DNA from: a virus
Taxonomy: Duplodnaviria; Caudoviricetes
Virus record (IMG/VR): IMGVR_UViG_3300025305_000044
Location: 1 to 40,478 of that record
Direction: 5' to 3' (one strand)
Length of the DNA: 40,478 bases
A program made the translations under genes and the position numbers. Shown here one piece after another: positions 24,964-35,001 of this stretch. Positions within the stretch are counted from its first letter, which is position 1, and every line of letters begins with the position of its first letter. The notes beneath the pieces are model-generated. The model saw nothing but the letters and a program-made list of their open reading frames with translations, did no database searches and was not told the DNA's origin.

Positions 24964-25264
24964 TGTCGTTTTCCTTTCCTTCTAGTTTTAATATAGATTG
25001 TTTAAATATAGATATCAAGCATTTTGTTGGTATTATCTGTACCATTACTTCTAGCCAGTTTACATCATCCAGATTCTTTTTTTCTGGCGTAGTTTTTCCC
25101 CAAAATATTTTAAGTAAGCCACTAAGTTTTTCAGTATATTCTTCTACTGTTTTACATGAATGTAGCATGTCATGTACTAAACGATCTATATTTTTGTTAG
25201 TTTCTATACAGTATACAGCGCTGGCTGTAGCGTCTCTATCCTGTTTAGATATATCAGTTGTCAT
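24932..25264 (-). CDS. Hypothetical protein
   Basis: AAAGGA SD; TPE...LDDVNWLEV. Confidence 0.65.
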   Translation of the reverse strand: MTTDISKQDRDATASAVYCIETNKNIDRLVHDMLHSCKTVEEYTEKLSGLLKIFWGKTTPEKKNLDDVNWLEVMVQIIPTKCLISIFKQSILKLEGKENDNEETENPCGR

Positions 25265-25286
25265 CAGGGTATCCTTTCTTTATACC

Positions 25287-26687
25287 GTTTCAAATCAACC
25301 TCTCTAACTGAGCCTGTCTGATCACACAGATTAGTATATTTCTAGATGTAGTTTACTTATTTAGCTGCTGCATCCTACATCTTTGTGTTGCTCTTACTTA
25401 AACCTTCTAATAGATTTTACTAACCTGTTTAACTCTTCTGATTCCTGCAACTTCTGTAGCCTGTACTAAGCTTTTACGAATCTTTATAACTAGTTCTATA
25501 GTCTAGATTTTACGTAGTTTACTTATTACTTTAACTTATATATATAGATAGTTAATCTCATTTCGTTTCAAGTCCAGCCCTCTCAGCACCACCACCATGC
25601 TTACTGGACATGGTGTGTCTAGTCTCTTAGCTACTTGTCTAGCTGCTTAGTCTACACTCTCCACACCTCTTACTTATATACTCTAGTAAAATTCTGTCTA
25701 TGTACATACTTATTCTCTGATCCCTGTGGTCTCTACATCTTATCCTAGTCTGTCTCTAGTCTCTATAACTAGTTATCTAGCCTAGACTTTACTTAACTTA
25801 TCTATTACCTTACCTTATATACATAGCTAGTTAATCCTATTTCATTTCAAGTCAGTCACTCTAGCTGACATCTCTTGTACACTCTGGTCACCATGCTCCT
25901 AGACTCTCTAGCTATCTAGCTTGCTAGGCTCTAGACTCTCTACCTCCTGTGCCTAGACTCTCTAGTGACCTCTGGCTATCTGTCTAGCTCCCACCGATCT
26001 CTGTAGTCTCTGTAGCTCGTCCTAGCCACTCTCTAGGCTATCTGTAGATAGCTCTCAGGCTCCTGTACCCTCCTGTAGCTAGTCCTACGCTGGGCTGTTC
26101 TTATCTTTACTAACTCTATTTCGGTTTCAAGTTGACGCTCTAGACGACCATGCCTGACCACCTGACAGCTAGCCTCTGTGTCCACCTAGCTAGACAGTCA
26201 GCCTCAGTCTCTACACACTGAGACCCTGATGTCTGTGACCGTGACCCTGCTGTAGATGTACACGCCTACACCCACATCTCCTGTGTCCACTAGTCACTAG
26301 CCTACTTACTTGTAGCTGACATAGCTTAATCTCTACAGTGTACACCAAGCTCCTAGCTCTTGTCAACTTGGCCTAGACTCGTCTTATCTTAGCTATTTCG
26401 GTTTCACTGCCCTGCCTCTCAGCAGCCTCACAGACACCTCTACACACCACACTCTGCACTCAAGGCTCTACACTCTGTCTACATGCTCTACACACTGCCT
26501 ACACACCCTACACAGCACACCCACAGCAGCCTAGCTACCTGCCTGACACCTCTACCTGACAGGCTAGTCAGCCCTCACTCTGCCAGCAGCACCTCTAGGC
26601 TAGGCTCTCTAGCTGGCCCTGACCCTCCACAGGCTCCCTGTCCACAACACCCTCTTGAAGGGGGTGGGGGTGAACTGGTTTCAAGTC
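25287..26687. repeat. Degenerate tandem array, five units of about 278 bp
   Basis: (G/A)TTTCA anchor at 25287, 25565, 25844, 26124, 26401, 26678; units 1 and 2 visibly alignable. Confidence 0.8.
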
Positions 26688-26940
26688 AACCTCTAAAACT
26701 GACTCAAGCCTGTAAATATACCCCCGTGGGTCTAGACGATTAAATAACTTTAACTAGTTATAGTTTCAACTAATAATTATTTCTTTCTAACTAATAACTA
26801 ACTAATTAATAATAAGTAAGTAACTAATTAAATAACTAAAAAACTTATTCGTTTAATAATATATTATAATCTATTACGATGAAGGGGGGTGTCTTAAAAA
26901 GTTAGCTTGTTCCTTTATATAGACCCCCCGGTTATACTAT
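26650..26940. other. G/C-run-flanked AT-rich segment (candidate origin, pac or terminus element)
   Basis: GGGGGTGGGGG, ACCCCC, about 140 bp almost pure A/T, GGGGGGT...ACCCCCC; lies at the divergence of early and late genes. Confidence 0.4.
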
Positions 26941-27086
26941 TATGTTTCCTTGTAGGTAACCATTAATCTAGGGTACTATTTACCAAGACTATTTTTTCAA
27001 AACGTCCTAGCTAAATTTTTGTAATTATAAAATAAAACCCTATTTGAAGAGTATAATGTAGTAAGAATCTTGCGAAAGGATAGATT

Positions 27087-27365
27087 ATGATGAGTAAAGG
27101 TAGTAGGATCAGAGAAGTTTTGACAGACGAGGAAAATGGTGGTATTCTGTATGAGGATATGGATGATGCTTTAATCGGCATTTATAGAACTCAATATGGG
27201 GCATCATTAGGAATATACTCGTATGTTAAGTATACAGAACTTCTTATTAATAATAAGGGGCTGTCAGAAGAGGACGCAGTAGAATACGCTGATTCTCATG
27301 TATATAAAGGTATAGTTTCTTATGATTCCTATCATCCATTAATTATTGATGACACTGGCGTTTAA
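27087..27365 (+). CDS. Conserved phage hypothetical protein
   Basis: DDALIG...LSEEDAVEY pattern. Confidence 0.7.
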   Translation: MMSKGSRIREVLTDEENGGILYEDMDDALIGIYRTQYGASLGIYSYVKYTELLINNKGLSEEDAVEYADSHVYKGIVSYDSYHPLIIDDTGV

Positions 27366-27377
27366 AGGAGGTTATAT

Positions 27378-27665
27378 ATGAGTACATGGGAATGGTTTCT
27401 AATCTTTTTTGCGGGATCAATGGTTGCAAATATTTTACTTCGTTTATTATTGGGTAAAGCTTACTTTTTACATAGGGTTTTAATTGAGCAGGGTTATGAA
27501 AAGGGGTATGATATTGGTTATTGGGATGGTTGTACAAACATCAAGATGTACCACGCCTTAATGAACAAGAAGGTTCCTCCCGCTGATTGGTTAAAAAATA
27601 CCATGGGTTCACGCCTCGATACACGGGATAAGGCGATAAAAGTTCTTAATAAAATACCTAATTAA
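27378..27665 (+). CDS. Membrane-anchored hypothetical protein
   Basis: AGGAGG SD; N-terminal TM helix, GYEKGYDIGY. Confidence 0.7.
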   Translation: MSTWEWFLIFFAGSMVANILLRLLLGKAYFLHRVLIEQGYEKGYDIGYWDGCTNIKMYHALMNKKVPPADWLKNTMGSRLDTRDKAIKVLNKIPN

Positions 27666-27727
27666 AGTAGTATAATATAGTAGTGCTGTTGATTCAGCAT
27701 ATAGCTGATCTATGTTTAGGAGATACT

Positions 27728-30700
27728 ATGTCGCGACTTACAGACATTTATAATAGTCTTATGGATGATCCAGATATCGTTCCACCAGCTAAAATATCCA
27801 AAGATGAATATGTTTTGAATATGGCTCGACAACGTATTCAACAGAGTGAAAATAATGCTGAAGCGTTGGAGATGGGTTTTGTTAAGACTAATGGTCATTT
27901 TTCTAATGGATATTCCAACAATGGTGGCTCTCAGTCTGCTGTAAATAAGCTTGCCGCTTTTGTGAACCTGCCGGAGGCTTCGCCTGATACAGATATATTA
28001 TTGGAAAAGGCGAAAGAACCACAACATTTCCACGAGGATGCTTTACAATATCTTCTAGACAGGAACTATTCAAACGCAGTTATAGAGCAACTTCGTAAAG
28101 ATCATCCACCTATGGCGACTTCTTCGGGTAAACCTATTCTGGAAATAAGTCTTAAGGATATAGCAAGTATTATCCCAGATAGGATGGCAGTAAGTGACGA
28201 TGCACGAATAGCTGGAGAGGAGCGACCTACGGCTAAATCGCATCCAGCCATGTTTAAACCTGCGGCTAAGCCTAAGACCGCCACATCTGATGTTCCAGAG
28301 AAAGTTACATCTAAGAAAAAAGATGGGGTAAAAAGTATATTCCCAATAAAATGGGAAAGTGGTAATAAGTATAATACTGATTTGAAGCTTGGAAGCCTTG
28401 TACGAAATGAACAAGGTGACTTATTTAAAGTAAATCGTCTCAATGGTTATAATGTAGAACTTGATGGCATTAATGAGAAGGGCCAATCCAGAGGATCAAC
28501 GAGTAATATTACTATTAATGTAGACCCTTCTGTCCGTAAACAAGGAGACCCTTTCTATTATCCTCATAAAATAGGAAATATAGATAATCATAATGATTTA
28601 TTAGATGTAGGAACTCAAGCTAGGGTGGATACGGACACATCCCCTACAGAGCAGGAGTCTACTCAACCTGAAGTTACGCCTGATAAAGGGGAAGACACCG
28701 ATGAAGGAATTGAGCCTCTAGATGCAGATAGTACACTTCCTCAAATCCAGACTTTGGAGGAGATTGCGGAACTTAATACCACTCAATTAGAGGCTGCACT
28801 GGTAGCTAAAGGGTTTGATAGAAATCAAATCGGTAAAATAGCAAAGATGAAAGGGCTTCAAACGGATGGCTTGCTTGACCAAGAGAAATATAGGCAATAT
28901 TTACAGGAAACACTTGCAAAAACTGTTAAAACAGCACAAGAAGAAGCAGAAGAAGCAGTGGTAACTGAGGCTAAACCTGAATCTGCTCTTGATGCTAGAT
29001 TAAAAGAGATTGACCCTGCCTATAATAAAGCAACGGTTATAACCAGATTGAGCAGCTTGTATGGAGGTGGGTATAGACTTTCCGAGTTAGAGGGTATGTC
29101 TGATGATGAGTTAGTAGCTAGGGTTAAGATAAGTTCGGAAGATATTTCTCATAGCAGAAATGACATTGAACAGGTGGTCAGCCGACAAAAAAGTGGAGAC
29201 AGGCGGCTTAGGGCTGCTGGATATACTCAAGAAAATATAACTGAAATGTCAGATAATATGAAAAATACGCTGCTTAATCACCTTGATGAAAACCCAACTT
29301 GGAAAAGAGGCGACATTGATGCTGCCATTAAGAGAGAGGGGGTCGCTGCGGCTGCAGAGGGGGCCGCTGCGGATGCAGAGAGGGCCGCTGCGGCTGAATC
29401 ATCTGCAGGGGAAAAGACACCAGCTACTATTGAAGGCCCACTTGAGCCAGAAGACCCAAAGAAACAACTGTCAGACAAGGCTAAAGAAGAGCTTTCTAGA
29501 ACGATTTCTGATACTGGTTTAGAAGCTCTTTTAGGTAAACTTGGAAAAGGTAGGGAGCAACTTTTTGACCCTATGGGAACGCCCATGCTTGAAAGTAAGA
29601 AGAATGACAAAGGTAAGGTCATAAAAGGTACGTGGGTAGATAGGGATGGAAATGAATATAGTAAGATAAAAGGCAAATACATTGACTCGCAAGGAAACGA
29701 ACCGAAAGATGGTGAATATGTAGGCACTGTGGCGCAAGCTCAGGACTATATAACGCATCTTAAAGAGTCAGGTCATCCACATCATGAACATTTTAGTGAA
29801 ATAAGAAATATGGATATCCTTGATAAGGATGGTAAACCTACTGGAGAAAAAGTCGGGCAACATATAGACATAATGGAACCAGAGCTTGGTACTGTAATAA
29901 ATAAACCACTTGTTGTAGAAACTCCTGTGGTTGAAACTCCTGTTGTAGAAACTCCTGAAGCAGATGCTGATGCAAAAAAGGCAGAAGAGTCAGGCGACAC
30001 ACCAGAACCAGAAGTGTTAGAAGCAGCAGAAAATATCTCTCCAGAGGTAGAGGCCATAGCTAAAACGCTGTTGAAAAGTGGTTTTGCAAAAAGAGTGGCT
30101 TGTGAGCGTGGGCTGACAGATAAAGATGGTAATCCTACAGAAATGGGTAAAGCCTTCTTTGAACAAATTGGGCCAATGGTTAACGAAGCAGTTGATCATT
30201 TTGAAAAACATAAAGACACGATTGCTACAAAGTTTAATAGGCGTCGTGGAATGAACTTCAGAGATAAAGAGGGTAATATTGTAGGTATAGGTAACAGTGG
30301 TACGTTCCTTAATCATCTAATAGATGACATGAATAAGGTTGCTGTAGCGAAAGGTCTTCCTACATTAGAAAAAACGCATAATGATCGTACTGGAGAAGCT
30401 CTGACAGATAATGGAGTTCCTGTAGAGCCTAATCAAGCACCCGATCTTTCTGTAGTAAATGGAGAGATGGTTAGGAATAGACTTCTTACTAGTCGAATTG
30501 GTAATGATTTTTCGAGCGACCACGGAGAGTTTATTGCAGGACTTGGTGGTATACAACAAATTGAACAAAGCATACTTGAAAATAAAGGAATGAATCCTGA
30601 TACAGCAAAGAAAATTACCGAAGAAAAACTTAAGGAGGTTAAGAGTGGTATAGAATCTGATGAGATTAAGGTTGCTGACGCTGGCGAAAAAATTCATAAC

Positions 30701-33700
30701 TCAATAAATGAAACTGTAGCAACTGATTATCCAGACATTGCTGAAACTCCTCCAGATTATGGGAAACAGCTACCTCTGTTTGAAGATATGGGTTTTGAGC
30801 CTATGTCTACACCTGAACCTACTTCTGCGGCTGACGCTGTGGCAAAGAAAGGAGTAAAAGCTAGGCAACGAAGAGCCAATTTGGATGAGGAAATCCATAT
30901 TCCTAGTAAAGTTAGTGATCAAATAAAACCGCTTTTAGCTCATCTAGGACATGACGTAGATGCAATGACATCAAGTGATGTTATGAACACATTTAGAGAA
31001 GTCTTGACAGACCCAGATAAATTTGGTGAACTGGAGATAGCTCTTAAGGAGAATGAGGAGGTTAGGAATCAGTTCGTTCAGGCACATGTTGCAATGGAGC
31101 AAGCGGAAGAAGAAGACCCTAGACTAGCTCATGCAGGACTACCGGGTTTTGGTGCCGAGGTCGAAGATTGGGGAAAGATACCAGATAGAGCAGCAGAAGC
31201 TACACAGAAAATACACGAGAGATATAGAAGGAAAAATCTTTCACCACGAAAACGTCAGGTAGAAGACTTAAAGAACGTTATGCATGGAGACTTCCATGAA
31301 CATCTAGATAATCCTGATGATATGTCAGATAAAGAAATAAAGGAGATGTGGAATAAAGAGGTACGTGATCCGAAAGCTCGGACTGCTTCCTCAGCATCTG
31401 CAGGAGCAAAGCCTACAGAAAAAGATAAACCGAATCGTACTGCGGCTTTGGAACGATTAGCTCGATTACAGAATCCTGATTTGATTGGTGATGATGACGA
31501 GGTTCTTGATCAGGATGCAATGACCAGAGCCACTACAAAACTTGAGAGGCATTATGATCCGTCCGTTGGCTTTACTCTTAAAGATATTACAGATGCTGTA
31601 AAAGCTCAAACTAATTTAGTAGCTAACCAAGAAGCTCAACAAAAGCAAGAAAAACAGAATAGGGCTAGAGGAGTCGATCAAATAAGGGCTGTCGCTGAGT
31701 TCGAGGACAACTTTCCAGACCCAGATAAGTGGGCTAAGGAACATGATGGTGAAAAAATGAGTCCTGAAATGGCTAAAGAACATTTTAGAGAGTTAATAGA
31801 CTTTCAACATCGAAAAGAAAATTTCCAGCATTTCGACCCGAAATCCGGAGACCCAGAAAATTTTAAAGCTTTAAGAGAGCGAGTACATGAGTATGCTAAT
31901 CTGAATCCTTCGGCTGCTAGAGAGATTGCCGAGGAAATTAAGTCAGCACAACGTAATGGTATTGACTTAGGGTCAGATGAATTTCTAGCTCATGCTAAAG
32001 AATTAAAGGAGACTGTGGAACGTGACGAAAGAACCGCTTTTGCTAAGGCTAATCATAAAAATGAAAAACTTGCCCATGCCTTAGAGAATGGTAATTTCTC
32101 TAGAGGTTATGATAAAGATGGTAATGATGGGCATCGTGGGCTAGATCATAATGGTGATCCTGAACATGATACCTCAGAGATAAAGCATGAAGATGCTAAA
32201 GCTCCATTAGTTCATGCTGTGGATGAAAATGGGTATCCTGATGATAAATTACAACAACTAGTTAATGAAATACATGACGCTGAATTAGCTATACCTAAAG
32301 GTGATAGAGAACATCATGAAGCGGAAAGTAGTTTACGTGCGGCCCATGAGGCAGCTAAAGTGGATGAACATAAAAAAACTACAGATGCTCATACTGCAAA
32401 TACTGCTGGACGAGATCGGAACTATGATGAGAATGACGCTAAATTTGATGCTGATATAGAGAATTCACATCAACGTCAGCGTGATGCGAATTATGCACGA
32501 GTAAGTGGTGAAGGGGACAGACAGAAAGTATTACTAGATAATCATAAGAAGCTTATAAATGAAGCTGTTGATGCTCATGAGCGTCAGTTGGCGCAACACG
32601 ATGGCAAGATAAAAAAGAAACAAGATGAATATAATGCTTATCATCAAGATATTGATAAAGCAAATAAACAGCATAAAAAAAATGTTGGTGACGCTTCTGC
32701 AGATAGGATGAATGCTATTTATGAGGCAGAACAAAAAGCTAAAAAAGCGAGGTCTACAGCTAACGATCAACTTAATTCGATACTAGCCGAGCAGATAAAA
32801 CAACATAATGAAGAAGTTGAACAGCATAACCAGCAAGGTATGGACATAGTTGTTAATGCAGACGCTAGTTTCGCTGATTTGGCAAAACAGCAGACAGGTC
32901 AACTTGCAAACTTAAGGAATAAGCTATCAAAAACTTCGGAACAATTCTATCAGAAGCAGCAAGATGATTCGAATGTTGCTGCAGCTAGGGGGGCTAGTCC
33001 GGAGTATTTAGGTAATTTGACGCAGCAACATAAACAAGAAGCTGCTGAATTTGATCGGGGTTCGCAGCAACAGGTAGCAGATTTACATCAGAGTCATCAA
33101 ACTGAAATAGAAAAACATGCTAACAATCTTGGTCAAGAAGGTAAGGAGTGGACTCAAGCAGGAACTGATCTTCTTCTTAACCAGGCTGAAGAGAGACAGA
33201 AGTTAACAGATGATGGTCATGCTAGGATGGAACGTATAGATGCTGCCGTAGCACATACGGACGCTACAGCACGAAAAACTGAGAACGATGCTATTAATCA
33301 GTCTAGAGACATTCGTAACAAATCATTGCAAGAAGTTGCGGATGCGGCTGGACTTGAAGCTTTTATAGAAGACGATGGTGACGCTACAAGATTCGCAGAT
33401 CAAATGAGACAAGAGCAAAGTTCTCATGAGACAGACTCAGCGATTATTCGTGAGCAAATTCAAACCGACCATGGAGATTATGTTGAAAGTAAACGGCGTG
33501 GTTTTAAGAGTGAACAAGGAAAAATGTTTGCCCAAGCGACTAGGGCTGGAGATGCATCCAATGAAGAGTTTGAAAAGGAACGTGAAGGTCATATAGTACG
33601 TAGACAACGAGAAAATCTGTATGTTACTAATGACTTTGAAATACTCAGAGATAAGATAGATAACTTACATGGTAAGCTTAAACGAGACGCTAAAAAGAAT

Positions 33701-34939
33701 TTTAATGTTCAGAAGAAACGACTTGGTACAGATAAAAAAGTCTCAGATCAAGCCGCTTTAGAGAGAAAAGAGAGGGCACATGCCACATTAGACGAATATT
33801 TAAAGGATGATCCAGAGAAATTAGCGGCTATTAAAAAGAATCCTCAGCTAGGAGAGCATCAGGATAAAGTTCAGCAAGCCCATGAAGAGGCTGGCTCAGG
33901 GCCAACTGGCGAAAAAGATGCTAAGGGTGAAGATAAGAAGCCAGAAAAAACTCGTATGGTTAAAGACCCCAAAACAGAGGAGATGAAAAAGCAGTATTGG
34001 ATTCCAGGTAGAGGTAAAGGTTGGGTAGACGAAGATACCTATAGGGCCTCTCATGGTCAGAATGCTGCTGCAGCTAAAAATAATAAACTGGTTATTTATC
34101 CTCAAGGCCACTTTGATGCAGGTCATGGACAAGAAGGTGATGAGGATTATAGGCCAATGTCACCACCAATGGCTGGACATGGTGCAAACATGTTCTCCAT
34201 CCACACTCCTGATCATCCTGACGCAGGATTACATGATGATGAATTAGATCATGAAGGTGTTATGGGCAGCCATTTAGGTAATCAGCCCGGTATAACTGAT
34301 CACGAAAACTTTACAGCAAATGGCGCACCATTTGAGGTAGACCTTGATTCTGTGGGTCTACGGGGTATGGCTGAAGCTGCTGGTAAAGGTAAGGGACAGG
34401 CCCGTGATCCTGAAAGTAAAAGAGAAAAAATTGGAAGACAGTTTGGTGGAGTAGAAGCCCAACGAAGGGCAGGAACTGGAGAATTTGCTGCATATGGACA
34501 AGCAGCCAAAGCAGTTGGAAGAAAATTTACGGGTGCTTTGGATTATGTAAATAGTTTACGTGGAGAACAAGGACAACGACAATCTGCTGTTCAACAGTTT
34601 GCATCCCGAATGGGAAGTGGTGATGGAGGTGACATAGGACAACATGTCGCAAATGCACTAAGAGGAGCTAGACAAAGAGGTAGAAAGGCACTGGGTGGAG
34701 TTTATTCCGGGGGATTCGCGCCTAAAAATGAACGCCAGGCAAAAGCAAAAGTAGAGCTATGGCGTAGACTACCAGGCTTTCTTAGAGAGATATATAGCCT
34801 AAGAAATCAAGAACATGCAAGACAACTTGATCATATAAGGGATATAGAAGATAGAAACGAACGAAAAAGTTCTATGGATCAATGGAGGGAATGGAGCAAA
34901 GGAATACATAGCGAGATAGAATCTAGACCAAAAATGTAG
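27728..34939 (+). CDS. Giant hydrophilic protein, 2403 aa (possible internal head/ejection protein)
   Basis: AGGAG SD before ATG 27728; charged, His-rich, long coiled coil; no recognised catalytic motif. Confidence 0.75.
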   Translation: MSRLTDIYNSLMDDPDIVPPAKISKDEYVLNMARQRIQQSENNAEALEMGFVKTNGHFSNGYSNNGGSQSAVNKLAAFVNLPEASPDTDILLEKAKEPQHFHEDALQYLLDRNYSNAVIEQLRKDHPPMATSSGKPILEISLKDIASIIPDRMAVSDDARIAGEERPTAKSHPAMFKPAAKPKTATSDVPEKVTSKKKDGVKSIFPIKWESGNKYNTDLKLGSLVRNEQGDLFKVNRLNGYNVELDGINEKGQSRGSTSNITINVDPSVRKQGDPFYYPHKIGNIDNHNDLLDVGTQARVDTDTSPTEQESTQPEVTPDKGEDTDEGIEPLDADSTLPQIQTLEEIAELNTTQLEAALVAKGFDRNQIGKIAKMKGLQTDGLLDQEKYRQYLQETLAKTVKTAQEEAEEAVVTEAKPESALDARLKEIDPAYNKATVITRLSSLYGGGYRLSELEGMSDDELVARVKISSEDISHSRNDIEQVVSRQKSGDRRLRAAGYTQENITEMSDNMKNTLLNHLDENPTWKRGDIDAAIKREGVAAAAEGAAADAERAAAAESSAGEKTPATIEGPLEPEDPKKQLSDKAKEELSRTISDTGLEALLGKLGKGREQLFDPMGTPMLESKKNDKGKVIKGTWVDRDGNEYSKIKGKYIDSQGNEPKDGEYVGTVAQAQDYITHLKESGHPHHEHFSEIRNMDILDKDGKPTGEKVGQHIDIMEPELGTVINKPLVVETPVVETPVVETPEADADAKKAEESGDTPEPEVLEAAENISPEVEAIAKTLLKSGFAKRVACERGLTDKDGNPTEMGKAFFEQIGPMVNEAVDHFEKHKDTIATKFNRRRGMNFRDKEGNIVGIGNSGTFLNHLIDDMNKVAVAKGLPTLEKTHNDRTGEALTDNGVPVEPNQAPDLSVVNGEMVRNRLLTSRIGNDFSSDHGEFIAGLGGIQQIEQSILENKGMNPDTAKKITEEKLKEVKSGIESDEIKVADAGEKIHNSINETVATDYPDIAETPPDYGKQLPLFEDMGFEPMSTPEPTSAADAVAKKGVKARQRRANLDEEIHIPSKVSDQIKPLLAHLGHDVDAMTSSDVMNTFREVLTDPDKFGELEIALKENEEVRNQFVQAHVAMEQAEEEDPRLAHAGLPGFGAEVEDWGKIPDRAAEATQKIHERYRRKNLSPRKRQVEDLKNVMHGDFHEHLDNPDDMSDKEIKEMWNKEVRDPKARTASSASAGAKPTEKDKPNRTAALERLARLQNPDLIGDDDEVLDQDAMTRATTKLERHYDPSVGFTLKDITDAVKAQTNLVANQEAQQKQEKQNRARGVDQIRAVAEFEDNFPDPDKWAKEHDGEKMSPEMAKEHFRELIDFQHRKENFQHFDPKSGDPENFKALRERVHEYANLNPSAAREIAEEIKSAQRNGIDLGSDEFLAHAKELKETVERDERTAFAKANHKNEKLAHALENGNFSRGYDKDGNDGHRGLDHNGDPEHDTSEIKHEDAKAPLVHAVDENGYPDDKLQQLVNEIHDAELAIPKGDREHHEAESSLRAAHEAAKVDEHKKTTDAHTANTAGRDRNYDENDAKFDADIENSHQRQRDANYARVSGEGDRQKVLLDNHKKLINEAVDAHERQLAQHDGKIKKKQDEYNAYHQDIDKANKQHKKNVGDASADRMNAIYEAEQKAKKARSTANDQLNSILAEQIKQHNEEVEQHNQQGMDIVVNADASFADLAKQQTGQLANLRNKLSKTSEQFYQKQQDDSNVAAARGASPEYLGNLTQQHKQEAAEFDRGSQQQVADLHQSHQTEIEKHANNLGQEGKEWTQAGTDLLLNQAEERQKLTDDGHARMERIDAAVAHTDATARKTENDAINQSRDIRNKSLQEVADAAGLEAFIEDDGDATRFADQMRQEQSSHETDSAIIREQIQTDHGDYVESKRRGFKSEQGKMFAQATRAGDASNEEFEKEREGHIVRRQRENLYVTNDFEILRDKIDNLHGKLKRDAKKNFNVQKKRLGTDKKVSDQAALERKERAHATLDEYLKDDPEKLAAIKKNPQLGEHQDKVQQAHEEAGSGPTGEKDAKGEDKKPEKTRMVKDPKTEEMKKQYWIPGRGKGWVDEDTYRASHGQNAAAAKNNKLVIYPQGHFDAGHGQEGDEDYRPMSPPMAGHGANMFSIHTPDHPDAGLHDDELDHEGVMGSHLGNQPGITDHENFTANGAPFEVDLDSVGLRGMAEAAGKGKGQARDPESKREKIGRQFGGVEAQRRAGTGEFAAYGQAAKAVGRKFTGALDYVNSLRGEQGQRQSAVQQFASRMGSGDGGDIGQHVANALRGARQRGRKALGGVYSGGFAPKNERQAKAKVELWRRLPGFLREIYSLRNQEHARQLDHIRDIEDRNERKSSMDQWREWSKGIHSEIESRPKM

Positions 34940-35001
34940 TTTGATTTTAATTTTTCTAAATAGTATAATAATATATAAGGATTCATTTCTGGAGAATCAA
35001 T

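Noticed and set aside
25287-26687. CRISPR array (anchor begins GTTTCAA like many CRISPR repeats)
   Set aside because: The anchor is short and degenerate, spacing is about 278 bp, intervening units are homologous to each other, and no cas genes are present
26483-26743. 86-aa ORF in the array
   Set aside because: Low-complexity product, no SD, arises from the C-rich repeat composition
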